From Candidatus Latescibacterota bacterium (lineage in GTDB: Bacteria > Latescibacterota > UBA2968 > GCA-2709665), in assembly GCA_963667175.2 (NCBI GenBank), contig CAXXXF010000002.1, forward strand, positions 160,001-224,000: a stretch of DNA of 64,000 nt, written 5' to 3'. Shown in pieces: positions 19,860 through 31,994 of the stretch. The position numbers were made by a program, and so were the translations under genes. Position 1 is the stretch's first letter, and each line of letters starts with the position of its first letter. The notes under the pieces are model-generated. The model had not been told where the DNA came from. It saw only the letters and a list, made by a program, of their open reading frames with translations, and ran no database searches.

Positions 19860-20870
19860 TTACAGTGGATCGATCCGGATCAGGGTTTCCTCATCTTCAT
19901 CAAACCGGAGGGGATTCTTCAGGGGTCTGCCGAAACCGTTCCAGGAGACGCTCATGGCGTCTCCGTCTTCCAGGGTGATTCCGGCGCCGAAACTGAACGC
20001 ATCCGCGCCGAAGAAGAAGATGTGCGCGTCATCCGGGCGGCGGTGCTGGGGGTACTTGAAATGGTGGTGTTCCAGGTTGGCCAGACTGTGCGCCATGTTC
20101 GCTTCGCCGGTGGCGATGGTTCCGGACCAGATCGTGCGCCCGTCCCGTTCGACCGCGACTCTTCCGGCCACGTCCTCAAAATCGGGGTCCAGGATGAGTT
20201 CCGGCCCGAAAGAGCAGGTGCGAAGTTTCGAGGGTGCCAGATAGAGGTAGTTTTTCTTTTCAGTTACGTGGTCGGAGAACTCGTTGCCGGGGGCCATGCC
20301 GATTCGCCTGGGATTCCCTTCAGGGTCGATAATGTATGCCCCGGCGATTTCGGGTTCTTCGCCGCCGTCGCCCGCAAACGCCGGTACGTCCAGCGGATCC
20401 CCGTGCGCCCGAAGGATGGCGCCGTTGCCTTTGTAGAACCACTCCGGCGGTACGCCCACGTTACCGGGGTCCGGCCTGCCTCCTCGCAGGCCCCATTGGT
20501 ACATTCGCATGCTGTCGGTGATTTGCGCTTCACCGGGGCCGTCCTGTTCGTGCATGGCCTGCCGGTTGTCAACGCTGGCCCGGTGGGTCAGCCCGGTGCC
20601 GGCCACCAGACAACGTGAAGGCTCGCCGGGGTGATCGTATGCGGGCAGGAGCCTCCACACGGACCGGCCGTGGTAGACGGCGTCGTAGTCCTGAAAGTCT
20701 CCACCCAGCTTTGCTTCCACTTCCGAAGAAAGGGTTTCCCCGGATTGCAGAACGAAGGCCGCGATGCCGTGGATCGACGCGTGTCCGTCAATCAGCCGGC
20801 AGCGGTTCCCGTCGATTGCGGCAATACGACGTCCCGCTTCGGGATGGATCAGCTGGACGAGTCTGAACAT
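19860..20870 (-). CDS. AraD1/GguC-type fumarylacetoacetate hydrolase family protein
   Basis: GTGLTH..S, TDSMRMY, PEWFYKG.G, GNEFSDH..E..NYLYLA.SKLR, NLEHHHFKY. Confidence 0.88.
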   Translation of the reverse strand: MFRLVQLIHPEAGRRIAAIDGNRCRLIDGHASIHGIAAFVLQSGETLSSEVEAKLGGDFQDYDAVYHGRSVWRLLPAYDHPGEPSRCLVAGTGLTHRASVDNRQAMHEQDGPGEAQITDSMRMYQWGLRGGRPDPGNVGVPPEWFYKGNGAILRAHGDPLDVPAFAGDGGEEPEIAGAYIIDPEGNPRRIGMAPGNEFSDHVTEKKNYLYLAPSKLRTCSFGPELILDPDFEDVAGRVAVERDGRTIWSGTIATGEANMAHSLANLEHHHFKYPQHRRPDDAHIFFFGADAFSFGAGITLEDGDAMSVSWNGFGRPLKNPLRFDEDEETLIRIDPL

Positions 20871-20912
20871 GGGAGTGTTCTGTCCCGGAGGTCAGTTGCC
20901 CGAATTCGGCCG
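20871..20912. repeat. End fragment of MITE family B
   Basis: GGGAGTGTTCTGTCCCGGAGGTCAGTTGCCCGAATTCGGCCG closely matches 57393-57434. Confidence 0.7.
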
Positions 20913-20944
20913 TTTCCCGTTCGCACTGCGGCTCCGGATGCCGG

Positions 20945-23053
20945 TTACAGGTTCCGCTCCGTGAGTCCGGCCCGGTTCGTGCGAATCAAAGGCGTTCCGT
21001 TGTAGGCGACGTCGCCGCCGTCGAGTACCGAGGCGCGGACGGGTCGCTCATCGTGAAGGGTGAGAACACAGAGGGTACCGGTGAAGGTGAGACCGTCGCA
21101 TTCCGTGGTCTTGCCGTCCACGCCGTAAACGACAAGATCGGTGCTGGCGCCGCGCCGGACCCGGACGCCGCGGGCGATTTCAGGGCGGCAGGGTTTTCCG
21201 TCGGCGCCGGCCGTGCGCCGCGCGACGCTGACCTCGTCCGGCTCCGCGTTGAACGGGACGAGAGCGACGTCGTACACAACGGCGTTCGCACCCTCGCCCC
21301 TGACCCATTTCTGCAGACCAATCCAGTAACGGTCCGGATAATTTCCTGGCGTGCCGTCCTTTGCTTCGTAGGAAGTCCCGCGGCGGACGTAATGGATCTC
21401 CGATGGTTTTGCGGGTACGGCCTGCAATCCCGGGCGGCTGGCGGTGAGCATACGGCGCCGGGTTCCCTTCCACCGGTGTGGAGCATGAAGGTACCAGGTG
21501 TAGGCATGGTGCTGGGGGCCTTCGAAGACGGCGTCGGAAACGAGGAAACAGTCGGGTTTCAGAAAGGTGATTCGTCGTTGGACGCGAGTGCCGTACTGCC
21601 GTTCGTAGGCGCGGTGGGACGCGGAAAAATAGTCTATGGTCTTTCCGGTCGCCCAGACGGCGTCCTCTCCGCGGTGATGGACCCGATCCATCGGCGCGTC
21701 GTTGACCACGACCTGATTGTGGGCCTGGGGAGAACGAAAAAACTGATCGAGCGGGTTGTCGTAGGGTCCCCACCGGTTCGTCTCGACGGCCACCGGCGCG
21801 CCATGGGCGTAGATCGTGAAATCGAGCAGGTCGTTGTGGGTATGGCCGCCGCCCCACGGACCGTAGTTGACGAGGAGATAACGGGCATCCTTATCCCAGT
21901 CCGAACGCATGACGGCAAAGCCGGAAGGGCGTTTGTCGATGGAGGTATACTTGGGCCTTTTCGGCCGGACTCCGGAGACCGATTTGATCCTGTCACGCAC
22001 CGGCCAGAGGTATCGGCCGTCCCCTGTCACTTCGGTGGCGCGCCGCAAGATGCCGTCCTGAGGACCGATCCCGCCATCGTTGAATCCCTGGGATTCGCCC
22101 AGCGGGGTCGTGGTGGCCAGGAACCAGTCGTACATCCGTATGATGGCTTTACGCAGGTCAGGCTCGACGTCGATGGCAGGATTCTGCTCCGAGAATGCCA
22201 GGAGATCCTCGCTGATGCGGGTGCACCACGCGCCATAGCCGGAGGCGCGCTCGTGGTGGCAGCCGTCGGCATAAAAGTCCCTGTCGACGTGTTCGAGCAG
22301 GCGTTTCACGCCAATCTTCACCCAGTCTTCCGACTCCCTGAATTCGGGGAAGAGGCCTCCCGCGTAAACCAGCGCCCACGAGCCGCACATCTGCCAGTTC
22401 CCGCTGCGATAGCCGTCATCCTTTTCGAGCAGATAGAGCCACCGCCCGGCCCCCAGAATGGTCTTCAGCAGGCGTTTGTGTGTGATCGGCCGCAGGATGC
22501 CGGTGGACCGATACGCGAAGTAGTGATCGATAAACCGCGGCGTGCGTCCGCCAAGGCCGAGTTCATAGAAAATGACGTCGTGTCCGGCGGGGTTGTCTAT
22601 GTCGTTTCGTTGTTCGTACCACTGATTGAACAGATCGTCGAAACATTCCACGTAGCGGGAATCGCCGGTCTGCCCGTAAGCGACCCGAAGGCATTCGGAC
22701 CACCCCCAATAGTGCGTGCCATAGATGCCTGACCGGCCCCACTTTGCATTGAAGTCGACCTTTTTTCCAAACTTGTAGGTCAGGTCGTGCCAGCCCCGGA
22801 TCTCGTGAGCGACGACGCGTTCGGCCTCCCGAATCCGTCCCGGTTCGGAGGTTTCGGCCGTGGGCGCGACCATATTGAGGGGTTCCTTCCGCGCGGAAAA
22901 GTAATCGCCCCAGGCGGCGGCCGCTTGATTCCACTTTCCCGCTTTCACCGCTTTGCGGACCGGTTTCAAGCCCGCCCCCTTCAGGCGAATCGCCGCGAAG
23001 AGGTCCTTGTTCGCAATGGAACGCATTTTTGTTCGGCTGATTCCAGGAGGCAT
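20945..23053 (-). CDS. Heparinase II/III family polysaccharide lyase-like protein
   Basis: GNW, YADG.H.E.A.GY, FND, SGFAVMRSDW, GHTHND.L, AHNQVVVN. Confidence 0.85.
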   Translation of the reverse strand: MPPGISRTKMRSIANKDLFAAIRLKGAGLKPVRKAVKAGKWNQAAAAWGDYFSARKEPLNMVAPTAETSEPGRIREAERVVAHEIRGWHDLTYKFGKKVDFNAKWGRSGIYGTHYWGWSECLRVAYGQTGDSRYVECFDDLFNQWYEQRNDIDNPAGHDVIFYELGLGGRTPRFIDHYFAYRSTGILRPITHKRLLKTILGAGRWLYLLEKDDGYRSGNWQMCGSWALVYAGGLFPEFRESEDWVKIGVKRLLEHVDRDFYADGCHHERASGYGAWCTRISEDLLAFSEQNPAIDVEPDLRKAIIRMYDWFLATTTPLGESQGFNDGGIGPQDGILRRATEVTGDGRYLWPVRDRIKSVSGVRPKRPKYTSIDKRPSGFAVMRSDWDKDARYLLVNYGPWGGGHTHNDLLDFTIYAHGAPVAVETNRWGPYDNPLDQFFRSPQAHNQVVVNDAPMDRVHHRGEDAVWATGKTIDYFSASHRAYERQYGTRVQRRITFLKPDCFLVSDAVFEGPQHHAYTWYLHAPHRWKGTRRRMLTASRPGLQAVPAKPSEIHYVRRGTSYEAKDGTPGNYPDRYWIGLQKWVRGEGANAVVYDVALVPFNAEPDEVSVARRTAGADGKPCRPEIARGVRVRRGASTDLVVYGVDGKTTECDGLTFTGTLCVLTLHDERPVRASVLDGGDVAYNGTPLIRTNRAGLTERNL

Positions 23054-23166
23054 GATCTGAACCCTCGCGCCGTCGGTGCGTTGAACGGGGATTTGCAGCG
23101 GTGAACGTGTGGCCCTGGCGGAAAGCGCCTGCTGTATACGGCGGAACGGAGCGTCCGCAGGCGCTT

Positions 23167-23874
23167 TCAGGCAAGACCGAGTGCGCGTACGGCATGCTGG
23201 ATGGAACGGGCGGCGGACTCAAGGGAGGTCCGGCCGGTATTCAGAACGACATGATACAGGCCGGGATCGTCCCAGTTGATATGGTAGTTGTCTCTGAGGT
23301 ACGCGGACCGACGCCTGTCGCTCTTCTGAATCAGTTCTCTGGCCTCTTTGCCGCTGCGCAGGTTTTGACGATCCACGACAACCTGGATGCGTTTGTACAG
23401 GGGGGCCACGGTGCGGACATGCAGCGTGTCGGGGTCATCCCTGAGGATGGCCTGGCCCCCTCGACCCACGATGATGACCCTGTCGCGTTTGCGAAGACGG
23501 TGGACCGTGGCCTGAAGAAACCTGAGGTAGTCCCGCTGATCCAGAAGGTGTCTTTCCTCGTTGTTCGTCGCGTCGTTGGTCAGGAGCGCGGCCGACACTT
23601 CGTACGGAAACTCCAGTCCCCAGAGCATGGCCGGCGGTGTCGGAACGGATCGGGAAGGCACGATCAGGCTGTGGATGAATCGCTTCACCGCGCTCTGCGT
23701 CCGCTCGTCGAATTTCTCGACTTCGGATTCCGGCACGTTGGCTTCTCTCGCGACTTCGGTGATGATGTTCTTGTCCACGAAGTCGTAACCGAGAACTTCC
23801 GATGCCCGGCGAGCGACCAGATCTCCGATACTGCCGAGCTGGCGTGAGACGGTAATTAGGGCCACGCGAGACAT
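23167..23874 (-). CDS. Cytidylate kinase-like family protein
   Basis: ITVSRQLGS.G, IIVGRGG, SD..RSAY, DP.LYHVVLNT. Confidence 0.88.
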   Translation of the reverse strand: MSRVALITVSRQLGSIGDLVARRASEVLGYDFVDKNIITEVAREANVPESEVEKFDERTQSAVKRFIHSLIVPSRSVPTPPAMLWGLEFPYEVSAALLTNDATNNEERHLLDQRDYLRFLQATVHRLRKRDRVIIVGRGGQAILRDDPDTLHVRTVAPLYKRIQVVVDRQNLRSGKEARELIQKSDRRRSAYLRDNYHINWDDPGLYHVVLNTGRTSLESAARSIQHAVRALGLA

Positions 23875-23925
23875 CCTGTACAGTGAGACGACGGATGAGG
23901 AGCGCGCGGGCTGCCCGTGCTCCAC

Positions 23926-25745
23926 TCAAAAGTTCGAGTAGAAGAGATGCCGATTGTCGATGATCTCCGCCTGCTCTTTGAGGTCGCTGAACCAGGCCGC
24001 CAGGACTTCGTTCTGTTTTTCCGCCCGAAGGCGTTCAACCAGTTTCGGCGCCTCCACCTCGAATTCAACTTCGTCAATCGGCTCTTTTTCCAACAACTGC
24101 AGCACGTATGCGCCCCGGTCCGTGGCGACGACGCCGCTGGTGGTTCCCGTATCCAGCCGGAAAGCCGCGCCTGTAAACGCGTTCCTGCGGCCGACGCCCT
24201 GCACGAAGTCGTCCCGGCTGAAGGGCTTGGACTCGGCAAAGCGAATATTGCGACGATGCGCCGCGTTTTCCAGGCTTTCTCCCGACCTGACGTCCTCGAG
24301 CAAGGGGGCCATGCGCGTGGATGCAACGTTGACTTTTTCCGTTGTCCTCAGCCTGGTCGCAATCCGATTGTAGACCTCGTCCAACGGCTGCGGCCCGGCT
24401 TCCCGCCGTGCGAGAAGGACGAAGACATAAATGCCCTGTTCGGTTTCGTACGGGTGGGAAACCCTGCCCGGTGAAGCGCTGAGAAAGGAATTGACCAGCC
24501 CGGACGTCCGGTTGCCCAGCAGGGGGAAGTAGCCGCCGGCAGTGATGAAACCGGTTTCTTTCGCCTGCAGGCCCTGTTCGGCCACGGCTGTCAGGAAGTC
24601 GGCTTCGTCCGCACGCTCCTGGAAGCGTTCGGATTCGAGACGGAGGCTGTCCAGCGTGTCCCTGCCCGGCCGGACGTTCAGCAGGATGTGCTTGGCGCGG
24701 ACCTCAAGCCCGTCACCCTCGCCTTTCCGTTCCTCGACCTTGAGGATATGCCATCCGAACTGGGAGCGTACGGGTTCCGAGATTGCGCCGGGTTCGAGAG
24801 CAAAGGCCGCCTCCTCAAAGGGCTTGACCATCCTTCCGCGTCCGAAGAATCCCAGATCGCCGCCGCGTTCCGCGCTGCCGGGGTCGTCAGAATGGCTCCG
24901 GGCCAGCGCGGCGAATTCTCCACCGGCGCGGATTTCGGCGAGCAGGTCGCGGATTTCGGCCTCTGCATCGGATTCATCGACCGCGGAAGGCTTCTTTTCG
25001 AAGGCAACGAACGAGGCATTGACGGCCGCGTCGCGATGGAATTCATCCGGGTGGCCGCTGTAATAGGCCTGGATCTGCTCGTCCGAAACGGAAACCAGTG
25101 AATCGGCGATGGAATACGCCTCGATGGCCGCGTAGGCCACGCGAACTTTCTCTTTCTGCCGCACGAATGCTTCCCGCACCTCCGCCGAGGTGACCCTCAC
25201 CCCGCCTGCGACCATCTCCTGGAGCTTGCTGATCAACACCGCCTGACGTACGGCGTATTCGGCGCTGAGTACGAACTGGTTTCTCTCCGGGCTTGAGTAC
25301 GTGCCGGGGTCGTCCAGGAACCTGCCGTATTTCTCGGGATCGAATTTGCCATCGGTCTGAAAGACTTCCTGGTTCTGCACCCATTCGACGGCTGATTCCG
25401 GTTGATGAAGTTGACCTCCGCATCGGAGACTGCGATTTCATGGGCTTCGATTTGCTGGGCGTACAGGATCTGGGCGACCATCTGGTCCCAGATCTGACGG
25501 ATAAGCTGGCTCTCTTCCGGTTCGGCACTGTTGCGGTCCTTGGCTTGCCTGGAGGCGTCGCGGAGGGCTTCGACGAATTGCTGGTGGCTGACTTTCTGAC
25601 CGTTGATGACACCCACCGTATCTCCGGGGCCGGCACAGGTCATTCCGCCGGCGCCCCAGTCGAAGACCATCAGCGCCACGAAGGAAATGGCAACGATCCA
25701 CATCATCGCTTTGATCAGGACCACGTTGCGCAGGTTTTTGAGCAT
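23926..25745 (-). CDS. ppiD: PpiD-type parvulin peptidyl-prolyl isomerase with SurA N-terminal domain (apparent frameshift near 25390)
   Basis: MLKNLRN..TM helix, VG.ING..VS; rotamase HSDDPGS..RGGDLG.F.RG.MV.PFE; two ORFs join as NQP-V-EWVQ if one G is added. Confidence 0.8.
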
Positions 25746-26011
25746 GGATGGACACCCTCCGGTGGATGAAAAAGAGTCGGCGCGAATGGGCGGCAACTGC
25801 CCAGGGCAATTGGCCGGACGTGAGCCTTCCGGCCAGGAGTTCTCAGTACAACGCAGTAAATTATAGGAAGGCGGGTTTGCAGGCAAGTTTTTTTTACCGA
25901 CTGAAAATCCCGCCGCGTGCTTGACCCGGTGGGGCAAAATACCTATACTCAGGCGCAAGTCGTCCGTGAAAAACAACCATTGAAACCATCGTGAGGGGAG
26001 GTCCGATCACG

Positions 26012-28296
26012 ATGCGCGCGATCCTGATGTTCCTGTACTCCTGTCTTATGGACTCCGGAATCGCCGTGGCCGGAGACTACCATTGGCCGATGGCGGCGCC
26101 GCCCGCGCTCAACTCTTCCTTTGGAGAATATCGGCCCCGGCGCTTCCACGCGGGGCTGGATTTCAAGACGTGGGGAAAGGAGGGGTACCCGGTGCTGGCG
26201 GTGGACGATGGGTACGTCTGGCGCGTGCGGACCTCGCCGTGGGGATACGGAAAAGTGATCTATATCCGATTGCAGGGACGGCCGAACGGCGGTCTACGCG
26301 CACCTTTCGGCTTTTGCCCCCGACGTTCAGACCCACGTTGAGGCCGAACAGGACCGGCGGGGATTCTATAGCGTGAATCTCTTCTTTAAGCCGAACCAGA
26401 TCCAGGTCGAACGCGGGGAGACGCTTGGCTATTCCGGCAGCACGGGCAGCGGCGCGCCGCACCTGCATTTTGAAATACGCGATAAGCATCAGCGTCCGAT
26501 CAACGGGTTGCTTCACGGTTTCGAGGTAAAGGACACCATTGCGCCTACCATACAGTCCCTGGCTCTGATCCCGATGGACGCGGATTCCCGGGTCTCGGAT
26601 GGAATGGACCCGGTCGCGATCGGCGTGCAGTGGCGCCCCAAACGGAAACGCTACGTTGCGCGGAGGGCGCTCATGATCCACGGGCGCATCGGCGTGGCTG
26701 TGAAGACGTACGATCAGGCGGACGCCAGCGTGCTTAGCAACCGCTTCTCTCCGTATCGTTTGAGACTGTTCCTGAACGAGCGAGAGGTCTTTGAGACTCG
26801 GTACGAGATTTTTGCGTACAATCAGGTCAACCAGGTCGAACTGGATCGTAATTTTGTCCTGAAAAAGCGCGGCGCCGGCCTGTATCACAACCTGTACCGT
26901 TCTGACGGCAATCAGCTTCCCATGTACGGGAAGTTCAAGGTGGGAGACGGCGTCCTGCATACAGGGACTCCGCCCAACGGTCGCGGCGTCGCGCTGGACC
27001 CGGGCAGGAACCGCATCCGGGTGGTGGTTGAGGACGTGGCCGGGAACCGCTCCCGCGCCGACCTTGACGTTATCGTGAACTCGGTACCCCGCGTGCTGGA
27101 GGCCCGCGCGGATTTGGACGGCCGTTCCGTCCGGGCGCGGGCGCGGGTGCGGGACGCTAATCTGAAAACGGTCGTTGTGGAACGTTCCGTAGATGCCGGA
27201 CGATCCTGGGTCCCGTACGCCAGGTCGAAGCGGACACCCACGGCAGGATCGACGTGGAATTCGCCCACGTCGCCGATGCAGTCTACAGGGTGCGCGCCCG
27301 GGACCGGCTCAAGGCGGAAGGATTTCGCGTCTGTGCGCCTGTTTCAGCGGCGAACCGCGCGGCAAAGGATGACCTGCTGGAATGCGCCGTGCGCTATTTT
27401 CCCGACTTCGCGGTGTTGAAGATTGTGTCGAAGCGGCTCTTGTCGGCTGCCCCGGGGGTTACCCTGCGCTGGCCCTCGAGCAGGGAAGCCGCGCCGGAGG
27501 TTCTTCAGCGGAGCCTGCGCAGCTACGAGTGCGTGGTGCCCTTCGACCCCGCGGTCGACGGCCAGATTGAGGCGGTCCTTTCCGCGGTCGATCTGAAAGG
27601 CAGTCCGGGCCCGCCGCACCGTCCGCCTGGTCCAGACGGCGGTGAGCCGGTCCGGCGGGGGTCGTTCGTTCGGCGGACGGCATGGCGGAAGCCCGCTTCG
27701 ACGCCGGGGAAGTCTACCGGCCCTTCTTCGGACGGATCGCGGCAACTCCCGGAAAAGGAGCAAAACGCCTGCCCCTGGTCGGATCGCGGTACCGGTTCGG
27801 GCCGGAGGACGTGCCGTTCCGTCGCAAGGCGGAAGTCGTCCTGCGATACCCGGCGGACTTCAACCGGCCCGAGCGGTTGGGCATCTATCGGTTAACCGGG
27901 AAGGGCGCCTGGGTGTTCGTAGGCAACCGCGCGGTTCGGGGGCGCCATGCCCTGGCGGCCGAGGTCCCGAGTTTTTTCCACCTATGCGCTGTTGCTGGAC
28001 GAGATCCCTCCCCGGGTGAGAATTCAGCGGCCGGAGCGGGGCGCGAAGGTTGCCGACAGGCGGCCCGTGCTTGTCGCCAGGATCGGCGACTTCGGATCGG
28101 GCATCCGACGGGAGGAGGATATTCTGGTGCGGCTGGATGGAAAAACGGCTGATCGCCCAATACGATCCCGACGCAGGTCGGGTGAACGCCCGGCCCAGGC
28201 AGCCGCTGCCAGCCGGACTCCATAAGTTGGAGGTGACGGTGACGGACGCCTGCGGCAACCGCGGCCGTTGCGGTGCGTTCGTTCACGGTACGATAA
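26012..28296 (+). CDS. M23 family metallopeptidase, multi-domain (several apparent frameshifts)
   Basis: SSFGEYR..RFHAGLD, VYAHLS, GSTGS..PHLHFEIR; fragments join across homopolymer indels at about 26276, 27975, 28143 and further breaks near 27225, 27610-27660, 28262. Confidence 0.78.
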
Positions 28297-28300
28297 GTGG

Positions 28301-28981
28301 ATGATACTGCCCATCAAAGATGACAATCCGACGCGCCGCGCCCCGGTGTTTACGGTAGGCATCCTGCTGCTGAACGTCGGGACTTTTCTGTACTCCATTG
28401 CCCTGGGATCCGTCGGGTTCGACGTATTTACGCTACGGATGGGTCTGATCCCCTTTGAAGTGACCCACGGCGTGGACGCCATTTCGCCAACGCCGATCCC
28501 GCTATATCTCACGTTCCTGACGGCCATGTTCATGCACGGCGGCTGGATGCATCTGGGCGGCAACATGCTCTATCTCTGGATTTTCGGGAACAACGTCGAA
28601 GATACGCTGGGGAGGTTGAGGTTCTTGTTGTTCTACGTTTTCTGCGGCGTGGCGGCTGCATTGGGCCATGTTCTCTCAGATCCGGACTCGACAATACCCA
28701 TGGTGGGCGCCAGCGGCGCGATTGCGGGAGTCCTCGGGGCCTATCTGGCGCGATTCCCGGGCGCCCGTGTGCATGTTTTCGTCTTCCTCCTGTTCTTCAT
28801 CCAGATCGTGCGTGTACCCGCGCTGCTGGTTCTGGGCGTCTGGTTTATCATCCAGCTGGTGAACGCGTCGGCCGATTCGGGCGGCGTGGGAGGCGGCGTT
28901 GCGTGGTATGCCCATATCGGCGGGTTCATTGCGGGTTATCTGCTGATGCGCCTGCACGCGCGACGATTCAAGCTGATATAG
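28301..28981 (+). CDS. Rhomboid family intramembrane serine protease
   Basis: AMFMHGGWMHL.GNM, VGASGAIAG, AWYAHIGGF. Confidence 0.93.
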   Translation: MILPIKDDNPTRRAPVFTVGILLLNVGTFLYSIALGSVGFDVFTLRMGLIPFEVTHGVDAISPTPIPLYLTFLTAMFMHGGWMHLGGNMLYLWIFGNNVEDTLGRLRFLLFYVFCGVAAALGHVLSDPDSTIPMVGASGAIAGVLGAYLARFPGARVHVFVFLLFFIQIVRVPALLVLGVWFIIQLVNASADSGGVGGGVAWYAHIGGFIAGYLLMRLHARRFKLI

Positions 28982-29031
28982 GACGCGTTGCCGGCCCTCC
29001 GGATGACGCCGGATTGCGAAACGTCACGCGA

Positions 29032-29062
29032 AAGGGCCGCCTGAATTCTGCAGGCGGCCCTT
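29032..29062. terminator. Hairpin between convergent genes, probable bidirectional terminator
   Basis: 12-bp perfect stem AAGGGCCGCCTG/CAGGCGGCCCTT. Confidence 0.65.
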
Positions 29063-29088
29063 CTCCGTTGGAGTTCGGACGTTAGCGG

Positions 29089-31531
29089 CTATTCACCCTG
29101 CGCTTTCGTTTCGGAAAGGGTCTTCAGGGACTGAAGATCCTCACGAAGGCGTTTTCGTTCTTCTTCGTGGGGACAGATGCGGATCAGTTCCTCGAGGCAG
29201 AGGGCCGCGCTGTCTCTATTTCCCGCGCGGAGAAAGCTGACGGCAAGCTGCCGGTAACTGCTGTGCATCAACGAGTACCACACGTCCCCCCCCCACCGAT
29301 TCGGGAGGAATCGTATTCTCCGCGACCTTGATGATTCGAAGGGCTTCGGACGGACGTTCCTGGAGTTGCATCGCTCGCACCAGGCCTTCGAAGATGACCA
29401 GGTAATTGCTGATGAGGCGCCGGGCTACCGGGTCTTTGTAGACGGTGGCGTCCGCGATTCCGGTATAACTGTAATTCTCGAGTAGATGCCGGGAGGTCAA
29501 TTGGGCGTCGAATTGCCCCGGCGCCCGTTGTCTGACGAGACGGTACACCATGCCTTCCATGGACAGATAGGACCGCAGGCCGCCCATGTTTCGTTCGGGA
29601 ACGGTCACCGCGAAATATATAGGGCGCTGCCAGTCAATGTGCTCAACAAGGTACCAGATCATAAAGGTGTGGGACTCCAGAATGCTCATGCGCCGGTTAC
29701 CGACCGGGAATTCGGTGACGGGGACGTCGTCGGCCTTGACGATAATCGAGCTGTCGGCAAGCGGGATGTCGTATCGTTCCGGCCAGCGGCGGGCGATCAC
29801 ATGCCCGTCGATGGTCGCATTCGTCATTGATATCGGAAGCCTGGGATCCAGGTCGCGCAGCTGTTTGACGTACCAGGGTGTTTTGAGCAGGCTGAGGTTG
29901 ACCACCCGGACGTCCCGGCGAAAACCCTTCACGTACTGGAGAAACCACAATGGATAGGTGTCGTTGTCTCCGTTGGTGAAGAGGATGGCGTCGGGCTCGC
30001 AGGAACTCAGGATGTTCCGGGCGTAGTCGTGAGCGATGAAGTCTCCGCTGCGGTCGCGTTCGAAATAGCTGGTTTGCAGAAGCCCGATCGGAACGACGAG
30101 ACACAGGGCCGCCACGAGCGCGGCTGCCGGAACCGGGGCATGCCCGCGTGCAACGCCGCTGATGAGGGCAGCGGCCCCGCCGCCGATCCAGAGGCCGAAA
30201 AACGTGTAGGCGCCAACGAAGATATATTCCCGTTCCCTGGGTTCCGGGTCGGGCATATTGAGATACACGACCAGCCCGAGCCCCATGAGCAGAAACATGG
30301 CGAACACGCTGGCAAAACGCTTCCAGTCTCTGCGGAAGTGGCTGACCGCGCCAACAACGCCCAGGAGAATGGGGACCACCGAATACGCAATGGTCTCCCG
30401 GTTGCCGTCCATGTTGGCCACGGCCCGCCGGAACGTCCCGGACAGCATCTCTCCGATGGCAAATCGTTCCGTAAAGGACGGCAGGGTTGCCGAGAAGAAG
30501 CGGCTCGCGACCCCCTGATCGTAAAACGGGAACTGTTGGAGGAAATATTTAACGTGGATGTTGAACTGAAAGTCCCAGAAATCACCCCGGCGTGGAAAAA
30601 TGGAGTGGACGCCGTATTGCTGGCGGGTGAGGAAGGCCTTGAAATTCTCGTAGGTCTCCGGATTGTTCATATCGATGAAGGGATCCAGGCCCGAACGGAT
30701 GTAGAGCATGGCGTACGTGGAATATCCGAAGGCGATCATCCCCAGGGCGCACAGCCAGAACGCGGGATGACGCCAGGCCGGACGCAAGATCAGGAGTCCC
30801 GCAAGCACCGCCAGTACCAGCAAAGCGGTCAGATAGATATTGGAGATGACGCACAGAAAGGGAAATACCGTAAGCCCGATGACAACCACTGCCTGAACCG
30901 ACGTGGACCGGCTCTTGAGCAGGTCGGAAAAGACCAGGATGAGAATGCCGGGCACGGTGAGCAGGCACTGCAAATGCACGCCGGCGCCGAGAAAGAACAG
31001 GTAGAACATGAAGACAAGCAGGCGGTCGCGATTCCTGTCCTCGGGCGCGCCGTCCCAGCACAGCGCGATGTAGAACGCCAGGACGGTGAAGAGCATGGAC
31101 AGCGCGTAGACTTCCGCCTCGGTGGCATTTGCCCAGAAGGACGTCGAGAATGCCGCGGATAATGCAGCGACCGCGCCGCCGGTCAGGATGGCAATGCGGT
31201 CCGAAATACGGTCGGGTTGGAGCCACCGCGTGAGCAGACGAACGCTGCACAGGAAAAGCAGGAGCGCCGTGACGGCGCCCGATAAGACGGAAATCAGGTT
31301 TACGCTGAATGCAACGCTGTCGGGATCCGCGAAGAGCGTGAAAATTCGGCCCAGGAGGGTATGAAAGGGCGCGCCGGGAGGGTGGGGGACTCCGAGGATG
31401 TACGAGGCCGCGATGAACTCGCCGGTGTCCCAGAAGGTGACCGTGGGCGCAACGGTTCGAACGTAGACGAAACACGTGATCAGAAAAACGAGGGCGCCGA
31501 TGAGCCGGCTTTGTTCCCGGAAGGTCCTCAT
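29089..31531 (-). CDS. DUF2723 / TMEM260-like GT-C membrane glycosyltransferase (apparent frameshift in the C-run near 29290)
   Basis: PTVTFWD.GEF, HPPG.P, EAEVY, REREY, ILFTNGDNDTYPLW; C-terminal TPR-like tail continues in ORF 29089-29283. Confidence 0.85.
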
Positions 31532-31619
31532 GGATGCCTCTGGCTACGTGGATCGGAGGAGATTCGGGGGTCGGAGTACCGGCTCTTCGGCGATACCGGA
31601 CGACGATCCATGGCGGCGA

Positions 31620-31871
31620 TCACTCTTCCGGCAGTTCTTCGGGACCATAAATCCGGATGGATTCGTACTGCTTCTCGTACACCGCGTAGTAAAGATCGTT
31701 GTCCTTCAGAATCCATGCGCTCAATCCCGCGCCGGTGATGGCTACGGCCGGGGCTTCCCCGTCACTCTGGGCGTGGGCCGTACCGGGCGACCAGAGCGGG
31801 CGGATCAGGTTGGCAACCAGCAGCAACGCGACAACAACCAGAAGCGACTTTATGGATTTGCTGTTCGACAT
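31620..31871 (-). CDS. Small secreted/membrane hypothetical protein
   Basis: AAAGGA RBS; N-terminal hydrophobic helix ending TAHAQ. Confidence 0.65.
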   Translation of the reverse strand: MSNSKSIKSLLVVVALLLVANLIRPLWSPGTAHAQSDGEAPAVAITGAGLSAWILKDNDLYYAVYEKQYESIRIYGPEELPEE

Positions 31872-31994
31872 GGGCTGATTCCTTTCGGTGAAAGAGGACG
31901 TTGAACGGTTCGCGGGGTTGAGGAGTCAACCAAATGTATGAGTTTTGGGCGGTTTCGTCAAGCGCCGGCGGGCGCGCCGTTTCAGACACAGAAC

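Noticed and set aside
23926-29300. Cluster of frameshifts in ppiD, the M23 peptidase and DUF2723 read as pseudogenisation, phase variation or programmed frameshifting
   Set aside because: The breaks I traced are single-base indels in short homopolymers (GGG 26275-77, T-run 27972-77, A-run 28141-45, C-run near 29290), confined to one 4-kb stretch with no in-frame stops or divergence. This fits low-coverage long-read errors; read mapping would settle it.
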